Source: Acidobacteriota bacterium (GTDB lineage: Bacteria > Acidobacteriota > UBA890 > WLXD01). Taken from it: 64,000 nucleotides of DNA. The translations under genes were made by a program, and so were the position numbers. The stretch covers positions 64,001 to 128,000 of the forward strand of contig CBDFKD010000002.1 in NCBI GenBank assembly GCA_965248695.1, read 5' to 3'. The notes under the pieces are model-generated. The model saw only the letters and a program-made list of their open reading frames with translations, was not told the DNA's origin and made no database searches. Shown in pieces: positions 9,557 through 19,848 of this stretch (positions within the stretch are counted from its first letter, which is position 1; each line of letters opens with the position of its first letter).

Positions 9557-10792
9557 ATGCGGCAGAACGGACGATTGCAGGTTTCGCACCGAGCGCTGTT
9601 TTGCGGGGTCGGTGCCATCGTTATGGTGCTCGCACCGGCGGCTGCCATGGCGCAGCCCGGAGTGGGCGCTTCCAACGACGCCTGGGGCGCCTGGAGTGGT
9701 TGCTGGGAGTTGATCAACGGTCTGGACGATCGTGGCCTGGGGACTGCCGACGGCCAGCGGCTGGTGTGCCTGGAACCGGGTCCTGAGCCTCAGAGCGCCA
9801 TCGTCACGACGCTGATCGATGGCGAGCTCGCCGACACGCGCACGGTCTACGGCGACGGTGGCACGCGCCCGGTCGACGATGGCGCCTGCGCCGGCACCGA
9901 GCAGACGATGTTCTCGGCCGACCGGGAACGGCTGTTCAACCTCGCGAGCCTGCAATGTGAGGACGGTCTCGCACGCAAGGCCTCGGGGATCTCCCTGCTG
10001 CCGACCGCGAACCGCTGGGTCGACGTGCAGGTGATCGACACCGACGGCGAGCGCGAGGTGCTCATCCGCCGATATCGCCGCGTGGCAGACGAGACCGGTA
10101 CCGCCATTACGCGCTTCGGACTCGATTCCTACGCAACGTCCACCACCGGCAGTCAGTCGACCGCGAGCTCGACCTTCGATGTCGAGGACGTGATTGAGGC
10201 CGTCGGCATCATCGACGCCGCCGGGGTGGAAGCAGCGTTGCTCGAAGCCAACGCCGGCTTCGAGGTCGACTCGGCGCTACTGATGCGCCTCGCGGAAGCC
10301 GAGGTTCCGACGCCGGTGATCGATGTCATGGTGGCGCTGTCGTTCCCCGACTACTTCCTCGTAGACGGCGAGGAGAACACCGAGGAAGGACGTCGACGTC
10401 GCTCCGGCTACTATCCGGTGTACGGCTACGGCTACTGGAGCCCGGCTTTCGCGCCGTTCGGCTTCGGTTCGTACTACGGCTATGGGTACGGGTATGGCTA
10501 TAGCGGTTACGGCTCCGGCTACGGCTACGGCTTCTATCCGGGCGGCACGAGGCCCGGAAGCGCGGGCCGATTCGGCGGACGCGTCGTCGCCGGCCAGGGG
10601 TACGCCCGAGTCGGCCTGAGCCAGAACGCTCCAGGCGGGTTTCGCAACGTGTTCGGTCGTCGCGGCGGACGCTCGGGCGGCTCGATGGGGTCAGGCGGTC
10701 GGTCGAGCGGCGGCTCGGGCTCGGTGAGCCCGGGGGGCCGCAGCAGTGGATCGGGAGGCACCCGTACGGCCAAGCCACGCGGGCAACAATAG
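9557..10792 (+). CDS. Secreted hypothetical protein with Tyr/Gly-rich and Gly/Ser/Arg-rich low-complexity tail
   Basis: GGAGG RBS, signal peptide ending AMA-Q, four Cys in the mature N-terminal domain, (YG)n tract. Confidence 0.8.
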   Translation: MRQNGRLQVSHRALFCGVGAIVMVLAPAAAMAQPGVGASNDAWGAWSGCWELINGLDDRGLGTADGQRLVCLEPGPEPQSAIVTTLIDGELADTRTVYGDGGTRPVDDGACAGTEQTMFSADRERLFNLASLQCEDGLARKASGISLLPTANRWVDVQVIDTDGEREVLIRRYRRVADETGTAITRFGLDSYATSTTGSQSTASSTFDVEDVIEAVGIIDAAGVEAALLEANAGFEVDSALLMRLAEAEVPTPVIDVMVALSFPDYFLVDGEENTEEGRRRRSGYYPVYGYGYWSPAFAPFGFGSYYGYGYGYGYSGYGSGYGYGFYPGGTRPGSAGRFGGRVVAGQGYARVGLSQNAPGGFRNVFGRRGGRSGGSMGSGGRSSGGSGSVSPGGRSSGSGGTRTAKPRGQQ

Positions 10793-10811
10793 CTGGCGGC
10801 ATCGTGGCGGC

Positions 10812-10847
10812 GCAGATAGCAGATAGCAGATAGCAGATAGCAGATAG
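10812..10847. repeat. Heptamer tandem repeat (GCAGATA)x5
   Basis: Five perfect copies between two convergent genes. Confidence 0.95.
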
Positions 10848-10858
10848 AGTCTGCGCCA

Positions 10859-12043
10859 TTAGCTCTCGAGGCGAAGGCGCGGCCCCTCTTCGGTCGGTTC
10901 CACACTGACTCGGGCCGCGCCGCGCAGCAACGCCAGCAACTGCTCGCCCACGTGCTCGCGACGCCAACCCTCCAGTACCGGAATCCCTCCGGGTTCGGAA
11001 TCGGCGGACGCCTCCTGGCGAACCAGGCGCTCCAGGTCGGCTCGTTTCGCCAGCAGTCGAGGCGCGAGATCGAGCTCGGCCGCGCGCGTACGGACCACGG
11101 CATCGAGAAGCGAGGCCAGTACATCGACCGTTTGCTCGTCGCCGCGCCCCCGCGGCTTACGCGCCTCCGGCCAGGTGGTCGGGTCGGAATCGAGCACGTC
11201 GCAAACGAACGCAACGATCGTGGCCGCCGATCGCTGCGCCTCGCGGGGATGTAGCCCACGCAGGCGTTCCACCTGCGCTGCCTGCTTCGGTGCTCTGCGG
11301 GCGATCTCGACCAGCACGCGGTCCGCCGCCACTCGTTGGCGCGGAATGTCCCGGCGCACCGCTTCGCGCTCCCGCCACGCAGCGGCGCGACCGAGGATCG
11401 CCAGCCCACGGCCATTCAGCGATCGTGCGCCGGCGACACGCTTCCACATCTGATCTGGATCAGGGCTAGCGTGGACGCCGCGAGCCAGCCGCTCCAGCTC
11501 TTCCTCGACCCAGGAGTAGCGGTCGCGCTCGATCAGCTGAGCTCGCAAGGTATCGGCAATTGCGAGCAGGTAGCGGACGTCGTCGAGCGCGTATTGCAGC
11601 TGGTCGTCAGACAGCGGCCGCCGCGCCCAGTCGGTGTATGCCTCCGAGCGCTTGAGCGTGACCCGAGCGACGCGCTCCACGAGCTTGGCGTGGCTGATGC
11701 TGTCGCCGTAGCCCAGGTAGGCGGCAGCCACCTGCGTGTCAAAGTGCCGCTCCGGTAGCTGACCGGCCAGCCGTTGGACGATCTCCAGGTCCTGGCCGGC
11801 CGCGTGCAGGACGATCTCCGCGCCGCCGACCAGCACTTGCCATAGCGGCTCGAGGTCGTCGACGGCAAGTGGATCGACGGCGGCGAGCAGGCCGGGCGCG
11901 GCGAGCTGGACCAGACACAGGCGTGGATAGTAGGTGCGCTCGCGGATGAACTCGGTATCGATCGCCAGCGGACTGACGCCTCGAAGCCGATCCACGAGCG
12001 GCGCCAAGGAGGCTTGGTCGCGAATGTAGAGCGTCTCGGTCAT
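10859..12043 (-). CDS. rnd: Ribonuclease D
   Basis: AIDTEFIRERTYYPRLCLVQ, LHAAGQD, FDTQVAA, TDWARRPL, YALDDV, HRDC-like region, GWR tail. Confidence 0.93.
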   Translation of the reverse strand: MTETLYIRDQASLAPLVDRLRGVSPLAIDTEFIRERTYYPRLCLVQLAAPGLLAAVDPLAVDDLEPLWQVLVGGAEIVLHAAGQDLEIVQRLAGQLPERHFDTQVAAAYLGYGDSISHAKLVERVARVTLKRSEAYTDWARRPLSDDQLQYALDDVRYLLAIADTLRAQLIERDRYSWVEEELERLARGVHASPDPDQMWKRVAGARSLNGRGLAILGRAAAWREREAVRRDIPRQRVAADRVLVEIARRAPKQAAQVERLRGLHPREAQRSAATIVAFVCDVLDSDPTTWPEARKPRGRGDEQTVDVLASLLDAVVRTRAAELDLAPRLLAKRADLERLVRQEASADSEPGGIPVLEGWRREHVGEQLLALLRGAARVSVEPTEEGPRLRLES

Positions 12044-12126
12044 GGCATCATGGCGCGCGCTGGCGGCAGACGGAAGATTGTAGTCGAACGGATTGCTGCA
12101 TGACTTGCGAAGGACGGAACCACCCC

Positions 12127-13524
12127 ATGACCTCGGAGCCACCGCTATCGGCGGAGCGCGGGCATGCAACGCCCGACGACGACACGGTCGTCGGCATCGC
12201 CCGCGGTGTCGCCGCCGGACGCGTCGCGCCAAGCGCTATTGTCGATCGTTGCTTGCGACGGATCGAGCGGCTCGACCCCTACCTGAACGCCTTCATCACC
12301 ATCACCGAAGATCGTGCCCGTGCCGACGCCGCCCGGATCGAATCGTGCAGCGAGGACGCACTACCGGCGCTGGCCGGTGTGCCAATCGCTCACAAGGACA
12401 TCCTGATGACCGCCGGGATTGCCACCACAGCGGGATCACAGCGGCTGGAGGGATGGATCCCCGACGCCGACGCGGTGGTCGTCCGGCGCCTCGCCGATGC
12501 CGGTTGCCTGATGCTCGGCAAGGTCAACACCCACGAGTACGCCACCGGCGTTACGGGCACGATCTCGGCTGCGGGTCCGACGGTCAATCCGTGGAATCCG
12601 GAACGGATTGCGGGCGGTAGCAGCTGTGGGTCGGCCGCCGCCGTCGCCGCCGGCATGGTGGCGGCGGCCACTGGCACTGACACCGGAGGGTCAATCCGCA
12701 TACCGGCAGCCTGCTGCGGCCTCGCCGGGATCAAGCCGACCTACGACAGGATCAGCCGCCGTGGAGTGCTGCCCTTCGCCTGGACCCTGGATCATGTCGG
12801 GGCGATGGCACGCCGCAGCGAGGATCTGGAGATGTTGCTCGACGCCATGCTCGACTCGTCGGCCTCGTCGGCTCCAGGGCGACCGCTGTCCGACAGCCGG
12901 TTCGCGATCCTCGACGAGCTCTGCGACCAGGCGCAACCAGCCGTCGCCGCCGCGGTGCGGGAGGTTGCCGTCACGCTCGAGGGCGCGGGTGCTCGGCGGA
13001 TCGGGGTACGGCTACCCGATTCATGGCGCCTGGTGCCGGCAACGGCGACGGCGATCTTCCTGACCGAGGGGGGCGCCGTGCACGGCGACGCACTGCGCCA
13101 GCATCCGGAGCAGTATCAGGAGCCCACCCGCAGCTTTCTGAGCCAGGCTGCTGCGCAGCTGCCAGCCCGATACACGCAGGCCCTTGACGTGCGGAAATCG
13201 CTGAGTCAACAACTCGACCGGCTGCTGCAGGAGGTCGACCTGCTCATCTGCCCAACCCTGCCGATCGTTGCGCCGCCGCTCGACGCCGGCATGATCGAGC
13301 TGCCCGACGGTACGGTCGACACGCGCGCTGCGCTGACGCTGTTCACGCGCGCGTTCAATCTTACCGGGTTGCCGGCCCTGTCGCTGCCCTGCGGCTTCGA
13401 AAACGGTCTCCCCATCGGAGTGCAGCTTGTCGGCCGCCGCGGTGACGATGGCGACTTGATTCGTGCCGGAATGGAGTTCGAGCGCCTGACCGACTGGGTC
13501 CGGTTTCCGCGAATCACCAGCTGA
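12127..13524 (+). CDS. Amidase signature family protein
   Basis: GVPIAHKD, GGSSCGS and GTDTGGSIRIPA (Ser-cisSer-Lys triad). Confidence 0.93.
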   Translation: MTSEPPLSAERGHATPDDDTVVGIARGVAAGRVAPSAIVDRCLRRIERLDPYLNAFITITEDRARADAARIESCSEDALPALAGVPIAHKDILMTAGIATTAGSQRLEGWIPDADAVVVRRLADAGCLMLGKVNTHEYATGVTGTISAAGPTVNPWNPERIAGGSSCGSAAAVAAGMVAAATGTDTGGSIRIPAACCGLAGIKPTYDRISRRGVLPFAWTLDHVGAMARRSEDLEMLLDAMLDSSASSAPGRPLSDSRFAILDELCDQAQPAVAAAVREVAVTLEGAGARRIGVRLPDSWRLVPATATAIFLTEGGAVHGDALRQHPEQYQEPTRSFLSQAAAQLPARYTQALDVRKSLSQQLDRLLQEVDLLICPTLPIVAPPLDAGMIELPDGTVDTRAALTLFTRAFNLTGLPALSLPCGFENGLPIGVQLVGRRGDDGDLIRAGMEFERLTDWVRFPRITS

Positions 13525-13645
13525 GCGGTGCCCGTGTAGAATCCGATGCGGCCGAGCGCCGAAAACCCTTCCGTCGCCGCGATGGACCGGCTCAGCGAGA
13601 ATACTGAGCTTTCGAACCTGCTGGCGCGGCACGCACCAATAAGCA

Positions 13646-14815
13646 ATGACGACTCCGTCGACGACCGCGTCCAGAATTCCCGCTCGCAGCAAGCTCGAAC
13701 GGCTCCTCGGAGCCTACGATCGAGACGTCGACGGGCCTACCGTGGTGATCGCAGCCGTGATCCACGGCAACGAGCCTGCCGGTGTCGTAGCGTTTCGCAA
13801 CCTGCTGGCGCGTCTGAACGCCGACCGTGTCGACCTGCGCGGTCGAGTTGTCGGATTGGCCGGCAATCTTGCCGCCTACGAGCTCGAGCAGCGTTTCGTC
13901 GAGGAAGACTTCAATCGAATCTGGTCGGCGGATCGCGTCGCCCAGATCCGGGCGCCGGGGTTCACCCCCAGAACAGTTGAGGCGGCCCAGCAAGTGGAGC
14001 TGCTCGCCGTTCTCGAGGGCGAGCTGGCGCGCGCCCGCGGTCCGGTCTTTTTCCTCGACCTGCATACGAGCTCGGCCGCGGGCGAGCCGTTCGTCTGTAT
14101 CGGCGACACGATTCGCAACCGGCGCTATGCGCAAGGCTTCCCGGTACCGGCAATCCTCGGCCTCGAGGAACAGATCGACGGGGCGCTGCTGGAGTACGTG
14201 AACAACCTGGGTCACGTCACCGTCGGCGTCGAGGCGGGCCAGCACGATCGGCCCCAGTCGGTCGCCCACCACGAGGCGTTTCTGACCCTGGCGCTGGTCA
14301 ACGCCGGCTGCTTGGAACGCTCGCAGGCTCCCGACGCCGACCGACATTTCGCGCTGCTCCGCGACGCATCCGGCGACCTTCCGCCGGTGCTGGAAGTGCG
14401 CCATCGGCATCCGATCGTGGCCAGCGACGGGTTCCGAATGAGCCCCGGCTATAACAACTTCGCCAGCGTCAGAGCAAGCGAGCTAGTAGCGAGCGACTCC
14501 AATGGCGAGATCCGCGCCTCGGAGACCGCCCGGATGCTGCTGCCGCTCTACCAGGGTCTCGGCAACGACGGCTTTTTCCTGGTGCGCGAGGTCCATCCGT
14601 TCTGGCTGCGGCTGTCGGCCTGGATGCGGGCCATCCGGCTCGACAGGCTGGCTCATCTGCTGCCAGGCGTGCGCCGGGCGCCGGAAGACGCGGCGACACT
14701 GATTGTCGATCGCCGGGTCGCACGGTGGCTCACGGTCGAGGTGTTCCACTTGCTCGGGTTCCGCAAGGAACGCGCCGACGGCGCCCTGCTGCGCTTTTCG
14801 AGGCGGCGCGAGTAG
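13646..14815 (+). CDS. Succinylglutamate desuccinylase/aspartoacylase family protein
   Basis: IHGNE, DFNR, LDLHTSS and VEAGQH motifs. Confidence 0.88.
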   Translation: MTTPSTTASRIPARSKLERLLGAYDRDVDGPTVVIAAVIHGNEPAGVVAFRNLLARLNADRVDLRGRVVGLAGNLAAYELEQRFVEEDFNRIWSADRVAQIRAPGFTPRTVEAAQQVELLAVLEGELARARGPVFFLDLHTSSAAGEPFVCIGDTIRNRRYAQGFPVPAILGLEEQIDGALLEYVNNLGHVTVGVEAGQHDRPQSVAHHEAFLTLALVNAGCLERSQAPDADRHFALLRDASGDLPPVLEVRHRHPIVASDGFRMSPGYNNFASVRASELVASDSNGEIRASETARMLLPLYQGLGNDGFFLVREVHPFWLRLSAWMRAIRLDRLAHLLPGVRRAPEDAATLIVDRRVARWLTVEVFHLLGFRKERADGALLRFSRRRE

Positions 14816-14863
14816 TCACGCATATCGACCCCGGCTGGCAGGAAACGCCCCGCGCTCGCGGCC

Positions 14864-15667
14864 TCATGGACTCACGTCCGCTGGTGGACGAAAGAGCCGC
14901 TGGTTTCGAAGGCCGGCACGGAACAACACGTAGCGCCACAACGTCGCCATCGTGCCCAACGCGTATACCGTGCTGCGGCGCAACGAGATGCTGCTCGACT
15001 CGGGCCCGTAGTGGGTCGGTACCGGCACGGCGCCGACCCGCAGATCGTGAGCCCGTGCCTGCACCAGCAGCTGCTGATCGAACACGAAATCGTCGGAGCA
15101 GGCCTCGAAGTCGACGCGTTCCAGAGCCCGCCGATGATAGGCGCGGTAGCCCGTGTGGTACTCGGGCAGATTGAATCCCAGGATGACGTTCTCGATGATG
15201 GTCAGCAATCGGTTGGCGAAGTACTTCATCGGCGGCATGCCGCCGCGTAGCACATCCACACGTCGCAGGATGCGCGACCCGAGCACCACGTCCACAACGC
15301 CGGCCTCGATGAATCCCACCAAGTGTGGCACCAGCGCCGGATCATACTGATTGTCCGGGTGCAGCATCACGATCACATCGGCATCAGTTTCCAGCGCCGC
15401 TCGATAGCAGGTCTTCTGATTGCCGCCGTAGCCACGGTTCACCTCGTGGCGAATGACCCGCATCGGATAGCCGCTCTGGCTCAGTGAGGTAGCCACTTCG
15501 AAGGTCCCGTCGGTACTGCAGTCGTCGACGAGAATCAGGTGCTGGCAGCATCCCGGCGGCAGCCGATCAAGCGTCTCGCGCAGCGTGTCCGCTGCGTTGT
15601 AGGCCGGCAACACGACGCAAACCGTGTGCGGTCGAACGTCGGCGAACGGCGCCGCTGTGGCATCCAC
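14864..15667 (-). CDS. Glycosyltransferase family 2 (DPM-synthase-like)
   Basis: VVLPAYN, LVDDCSTDGT, NRGYGGNQK, LHPDNQY and EYHTGYRAY motifs. Confidence 0.92.
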   Translation of the reverse strand: MDATAAPFADVRPHTVCVVLPAYNAADTLRETLDRLPPGCCQHLILVDDCSTDGTFEVATSLSQSGYPMRVIRHEVNRGYGGNQKTCYRAALETDADVIVMLHPDNQYDPALVPHLVGFIEAGVVDVVLGSRILRRVDVLRGGMPPMKYFANRLLTIIENVILGFNLPEYHTGYRAYHRRALERVDFEACSDDFVFDQQLLVQARAHDLRVGAVPVPTHYGPESSSISLRRSTVYALGTMATLWRYVLFRAGLRNQRLFRPPADVSP

Positions 15668-15670
15668 AGA

Positions 15671-16741
15671 TCAGTGACGGTGCCCGCCAGGCGTCCGCAG
15701 GTCGGTAGGCGGCGTTGCGCCGGGGGCCGGCGGATAGGTCATGTTCTGACCGCCCAGCGGGTGGTGATACAGGTACATCACCGCCATCGCATCGACGGGC
15801 GCGTCCGTGCTGTTGTCGTACACCGATTCGATCTCGTAGGTGTGGTCCGGGTGCATGACGAACCCGGTGTCGCTGGAGTACACCGGGATGCGGGTGATCT
15901 GGGAGTGATCTAGGTCGGCATCGTACTCGACGCGCGTCTCCCACAGCACACGCCCGTCGGTCACGTCCGTGAGCTTGAGCGAGCTACCGTAGTTGTGCAT
16001 GTGCACGACGCCATAGTGAACGCGCGTCGACCCCGGTACCAGCCCGGTGTGCTGCTGCCGGATCACCTGCTTGCCGGGCGGCACGATCCAGTGGCCGGTC
16101 TTGCCGTGAGCGTTCGTCGGCAGCTGGCTCGGTTGTAGCTGATCGCCCGCCAACACCGTTACGCCGCGATGCGGAAGCACGGTGACGCTAGCCCGGTAGA
16201 GCTTGTCGATGTTGTCGGCGCCGCTCGGATCGCTGGCTGAGACGTAGTCGATCAGGAACCGGATGTTGACGTCGGCGCTGAGATCCGCGTCGTGGTTATT
16301 GAGCACCATGCCCAACAGCGAGACACCTCGCCAGGGCTCATCCAAGTCTCCGATGATCTGCTGCAACGGGATACCGAACCCGCTTGGCAGCTGCAGCGCC
16401 GGGATCCCCGACGCCGCCACCATCAGTCGAGCACCGGTAGCCAGCTGGATCTGCGAATGGCAGAAGAACTCGTCGCCGAGAGGATCCCCGGTGGCGGCAT
16501 CGACCACCTCTGTACGAAACCCGGTGATCCAGCCAATGTCGCTCGTGTCGAGCATCGCTCGCTCGAACACGCCCTCCATCGAGTGATAGATGCCATCGAT
16601 CTGCAACGGGCCGAGCTCGACGACTCGGGTCCTGACCGTCGGTGGAGCACCGGGACCCGCGGCACCGGCGGGCTGAACGGTGAGCACCAGCAGCGAAAGG
16701 CCAAGCAAGGCAACGGGCACGCGGGAACTCACGTTCGACAT
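15671..16741 (-). CDS. Secreted protein, possible copper type II monooxygenase (PHM-like) fold
   Basis: Signal peptide; FCH, HMH and YDNS...DAM in an order similar to PHM copper ligands; AGGAGG RBS. Confidence 0.5.
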   Translation of the reverse strand: MSNVSSRVPVALLGLSLLVLTVQPAGAAGPGAPPTVRTRVVELGPLQIDGIYHSMEGVFERAMLDTSDIGWITGFRTEVVDAATGDPLGDEFFCHSQIQLATGARLMVAASGIPALQLPSGFGIPLQQIIGDLDEPWRGVSLLGMVLNNHDADLSADVNIRFLIDYVSASDPSGADNIDKLYRASVTVLPHRGVTVLAGDQLQPSQLPTNAHGKTGHWIVPPGKQVIRQQHTGLVPGSTRVHYGVVHMHNYGSSLKLTDVTDGRVLWETRVEYDADLDHSQITRIPVYSSDTGFVMHPDHTYEIESVYDNSTDAPVDAMAVMYLYHHPLGGQNMTYPPAPGATPPTDLRTPGGHRH

Positions 16742-16836
16742 TGAACGAGCCTCCTGAAAGGCTTTCGTTGGGCGATCGGAATTCATGAAGTTTAATAAGC
16801 ATCCCCAGGGATTTTCAAGTTGCTGAGCTAATAAAT

Positions 16837-16865
16837 TCTATAGTTTTCAGTCTAATCATAGTCAA
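16837..16865 (-). promoter_or_regulatory. sigma70-like promoter in AT-rich intergenic patch
   Basis: TTGACT-N17-TATAGA on the minus strand. Confidence 0.45.
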
Positions 16866-16977
16866 CGATGGCTATTTCTGACTCTTCATATCCGAGGACG
16901 CACAGCGCACCGCACGGAATCCAGGCGTAAGCAACCGCTCGGGGCGGCCTCACTGTCCAGGGTTGCCGATCCGCGGG

Positions 16978-19848
16978 TCAGTTCTCCGGCAGGAGCGCCA
17001 CCTGCACGTAGTTTTCGAGATCGAAGTACAGCGCCGCGGAGTCTCTGACAGTCTCCAGCGTGATCTCTTGCAGGGTCTCCTCGTACTCGAGGATCTCGAG
17101 CGGGTCCTTGGCGTGGCGATAGCTGTTCACCAGCTGTCCGAGCCAGAAGCCGTTCTCCTTGAGCGACAGCTCGTACTGGCGCCGGAAGCCCTCACGCACG
17201 TTGAGCAGCTCCTGCTCTTCGGGAAGGGTGCTGCGCAAGCGCTCGATCTCCTCGAACACCACGCCGGTAAGCTCCTCGGCGCGCTCGGGATCGGACCCGA
17301 AGGTGATCGAGATCGAATACTGCTCGGTCGGACGGTTGTCCGCCGAGGCCTCGACGCGCACGCCGTAGGTACCACCGAGCTCCTCGCGCATCACCTCGCG
17401 CAGACGCGTCTGCAACACCTCGGCCATGGCGCCGAGCGCGTTCTCCTCCGGGCTCTCGTAGTCCAGCCCGCCAGAGAACACGATCGAGGTCCGGCTCTTG
17501 GGCTCGACGCCACGGCGTACTTCCTTGCGAATCACGCCCCGCGGCGGCACCACGCCCTCGTCACGCCAGGTCTCGTCACGGTCGATATTCGGCAGGCTGG
17601 CCAGATATGTAGCCACCAGCGGACGCAGCGTGTCGATGTCGATGTTGCCGACGAACACGAAGGTGAAATCGCTGGCGTCGGCAAACCGGTCCATGTAGAA
17701 CTCGAACGACTTGCCCAGATCCATCTCTTCGAGCAATTCGACGGAGATCGGGCGGCGGCGCGGGTGATCCTGACTCAGGGTGCGCTGCAGGGTCTCCTGG
17801 AAAGCGACGTCAGGGCTCACATCGCGGTTGGCCAGCGAGGCGCGCATCTGCTGCTGGATCAAGCTGAAGATCCCGTCGTCGGCACGCGGCTCGGTGAAGG
17901 TCAGATAGGCGAGCTGCAGCAGCGACTCGATGTCCCGCGGCGACGCCGATCCGGCTACGCCCTCCTCCAGCGAGGCTACGAACGGCCGCACGTTGGCGAC
18001 CTTGTCGGACATCATGTTGGTGATCTGACGGGCGCTCAGCCCGCCGAAACCACTGGCGGCCACAACCTGGACTGCGCTGCTGGCGGCGACCCAATCTTCG
18101 TCCTCGGCCAGCGAGGTACCCCCCGGGCTGATACCCCGGAACAGGATCTGATCCTGCCGAAAATCGGTCGGCTTGAGGATCACGCGGGCGCCGTTGGAGA
18201 GCTCCCAGACCGTCAGGTCGAGCTCCGGGACGGTCGACTCGTCGACGATCTCGCCGGCCTCCGGGGTGTCCTCGAGCAACGGGCGATCCGTCGTCGTATC
18301 GACGTAGCGACGCAAGCGGCCACTGTCGGCGCGCTCGATTGCGGCCAGCAGCTCGTCTTCCGTGGGTAGCTCGACGCCCTCTTTCTCCGGTGCCGTCACC
18401 AGCACGACGCGGTTGTTCTCGCGCATCCAGCGCTCCCCCACCGCGTTGACGTCCTCGAGCGTGATCCCCGGCATGAAGCGCTGGTACAGCGCCCACTCGT
18501 AGTCGATGCCCGGCGTCGACTCGCCTTCCAGGAAGGCGCGAGTGAACTCCTCCGCGAACTGCGTCGAGTCCTGATCTTCGCGTTCGGTGTAGATGCGCTC
18601 GAAGCCACGCATCAGCTGGTTCTTGTCGCGATCCAGCTCCGACTGCGCGAACCCGTATTGGGCGACGCGCTCGAGCTCGCGGAACGCCGCCCCGAGCCCT
18701 TCGGCTACCTGCCCGTCCGGAGTGGCGGCGCCGAGCACGAACGCCTCGGAGGTGGGAATGAAGATGCTCTGGCTGGCGCGCGCCCCCAGGTACGGCGGGT
18801 TCGGCTGCTGCGCCTGCTCGGTCAGCCGACGGTTGAACATGCGACTGAACAGGCCCTCGACCATGCTGCGGCGATACGACCCGTGATATGCCTGGCGCCG
18901 CAGCGGCTGAAGCTGGAAGAACTCGACGATCGAGTTGGTCGCTTCCTTGTCAGTAACGATAGAGAACCGAGTGCCTTCCTGCTCCGGCAACCTCGTGTAC
19001 TCGCGCTCACGTCCGTCCTCGGCACGCGGCAGGGCGCCGAAGTGCTCCTCGATCTTCGCGGTGATCGCTGCGGTATCCACGTCCCCGACGACGATCACGC
19101 CCATCAGGTCGGGGCGATACCAGTCGCGGTAGAAGCGTCGCGCCGCCTCGTACGGGAAATTCTCGAGCACCTCCACCTTGCCAATCGGCAGGCGCTCCGT
19201 GTACCTCGAGTCGGCGAACAGCACTGGCAACTGGCGATCGCGAACGCGCGAGCCGGCACCCAACCCCAAACGCCACTCCTCGATGACGACGCCGCGCTCC
19301 TTGTCGATCTCCTCATCCTCGAAGGCCACGCTGTGCGCCCAGTCCTCGAGAATCTGGAACGCCGTATCGATGATGTCCTGCCGATCCGTCGGGATCTGCA
19401 AGAAGTAGATGGTCTCGTCGAACGACGTCGAGGCGTTGACGTGCGCCCCGAAACGCATGCCGAACGACTCGAGCGCCTTCACCAGATCCATCTTCGGGAA
19501 GTGCTCGGTACCGTTGAAGGCCATGTGCTCGACGAAGTGGGCCAGGCCGAGCTGGTCGTCGTCTTCCTGCAACGAACCGACGCGCACCACCAGCCGTAGC
19601 TCGGCGCGCTTCTCGGGGTAGCTGTTCTCGCGGATCCAGTAGCGCAGGCCGTTCTCGAGCTCACCGACGGTGATCAACGGGTCGAGCGGCATCGGCGCCT
19701 CGAGCGGCGCGGTGGCGGCGCTCGTCGGATCGGCAACCACGGGCGGCGGCGTCAGAGGGATCGGTCCCTGCGCCCATGCCGGCAACGGAATCGAGACGAC
19801 GAGCAGGGTCAGCGCGGAGAGCATCAAGGTCGAGCGGGTCAGTTTCAC
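16978..19848 (-). CDS. M16 family zinc peptidase (PqqL-like)
   Basis: GLAHFVEHMAFNGT (HxxEH), NASTSFDET, RLPIG and FYRDWYRPD; signal peptide; GTG start inferred. Confidence 0.93.
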   Translation of the reverse strand: MKLTRSTLMLSALTLLVVSIPLPAWAQGPIPLTPPPVVADPTSAATAPLEAPMPLDPLITVGELENGLRYWIRENSYPEKRAELRLVVRVGSLQEDDDQLGLAHFVEHMAFNGTEHFPKMDLVKALESFGMRFGAHVNASTSFDETIYFLQIPTDRQDIIDTAFQILEDWAHSVAFEDEEIDKERGVVIEEWRLGLGAGSRVRDRQLPVLFADSRYTERLPIGKVEVLENFPYEAARRFYRDWYRPDLMGVIVVGDVDTAAITAKIEEHFGALPRAEDGREREYTRLPEQEGTRFSIVTDKEATNSIVEFFQLQPLRRQAYHGSYRRSMVEGLFSRMFNRRLTEQAQQPNPPYLGARASQSIFIPTSEAFVLGAATPDGQVAEGLGAAFRELERVAQYGFAQSELDRDKNQLMRGFERIYTEREDQDSTQFAEEFTRAFLEGESTPGIDYEWALYQRFMPGITLEDVNAVGERWMRENNRVVLVTAPEKEGVELPTEDELLAAIERADSGRLRRYVDTTTDRPLLEDTPEAGEIVDESTVPELDLTVWELSNGARVILKPTDFRQDQILFRGISPGGTSLAEDEDWVAASSAVQVVAASGFGGLSARQITNMMSDKVANVRPFVASLEEGVAGSASPRDIESLLQLAYLTFTEPRADDGIFSLIQQQMRASLANRDVSPDVAFQETLQRTLSQDHPRRRPISVELLEEMDLGKSFEFYMDRFADASDFTFVFVGNIDIDTLRPLVATYLASLPNIDRDETWRDEGVVPPRGVIRKEVRRGVEPKSRTSIVFSGGLDYESPEENALGAMAEVLQTRLREVMREELGGTYGVRVEASADNRPTEQYSISITFGSDPERAEELTGVVFEEIERLRSTLPEEQELLNVREGFRRQYELSLKENGFWLGQLVNSYRHAKDPLEILEYEETLQEITLETVRDSAALYFDLENYVQVALLPEN

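Noticed and set aside
16963-19599. Long plus-strand ORFs (468 and 313 aa)
   Set aside because: Antisense to the M16 peptidase; expected in high-GC DNA.
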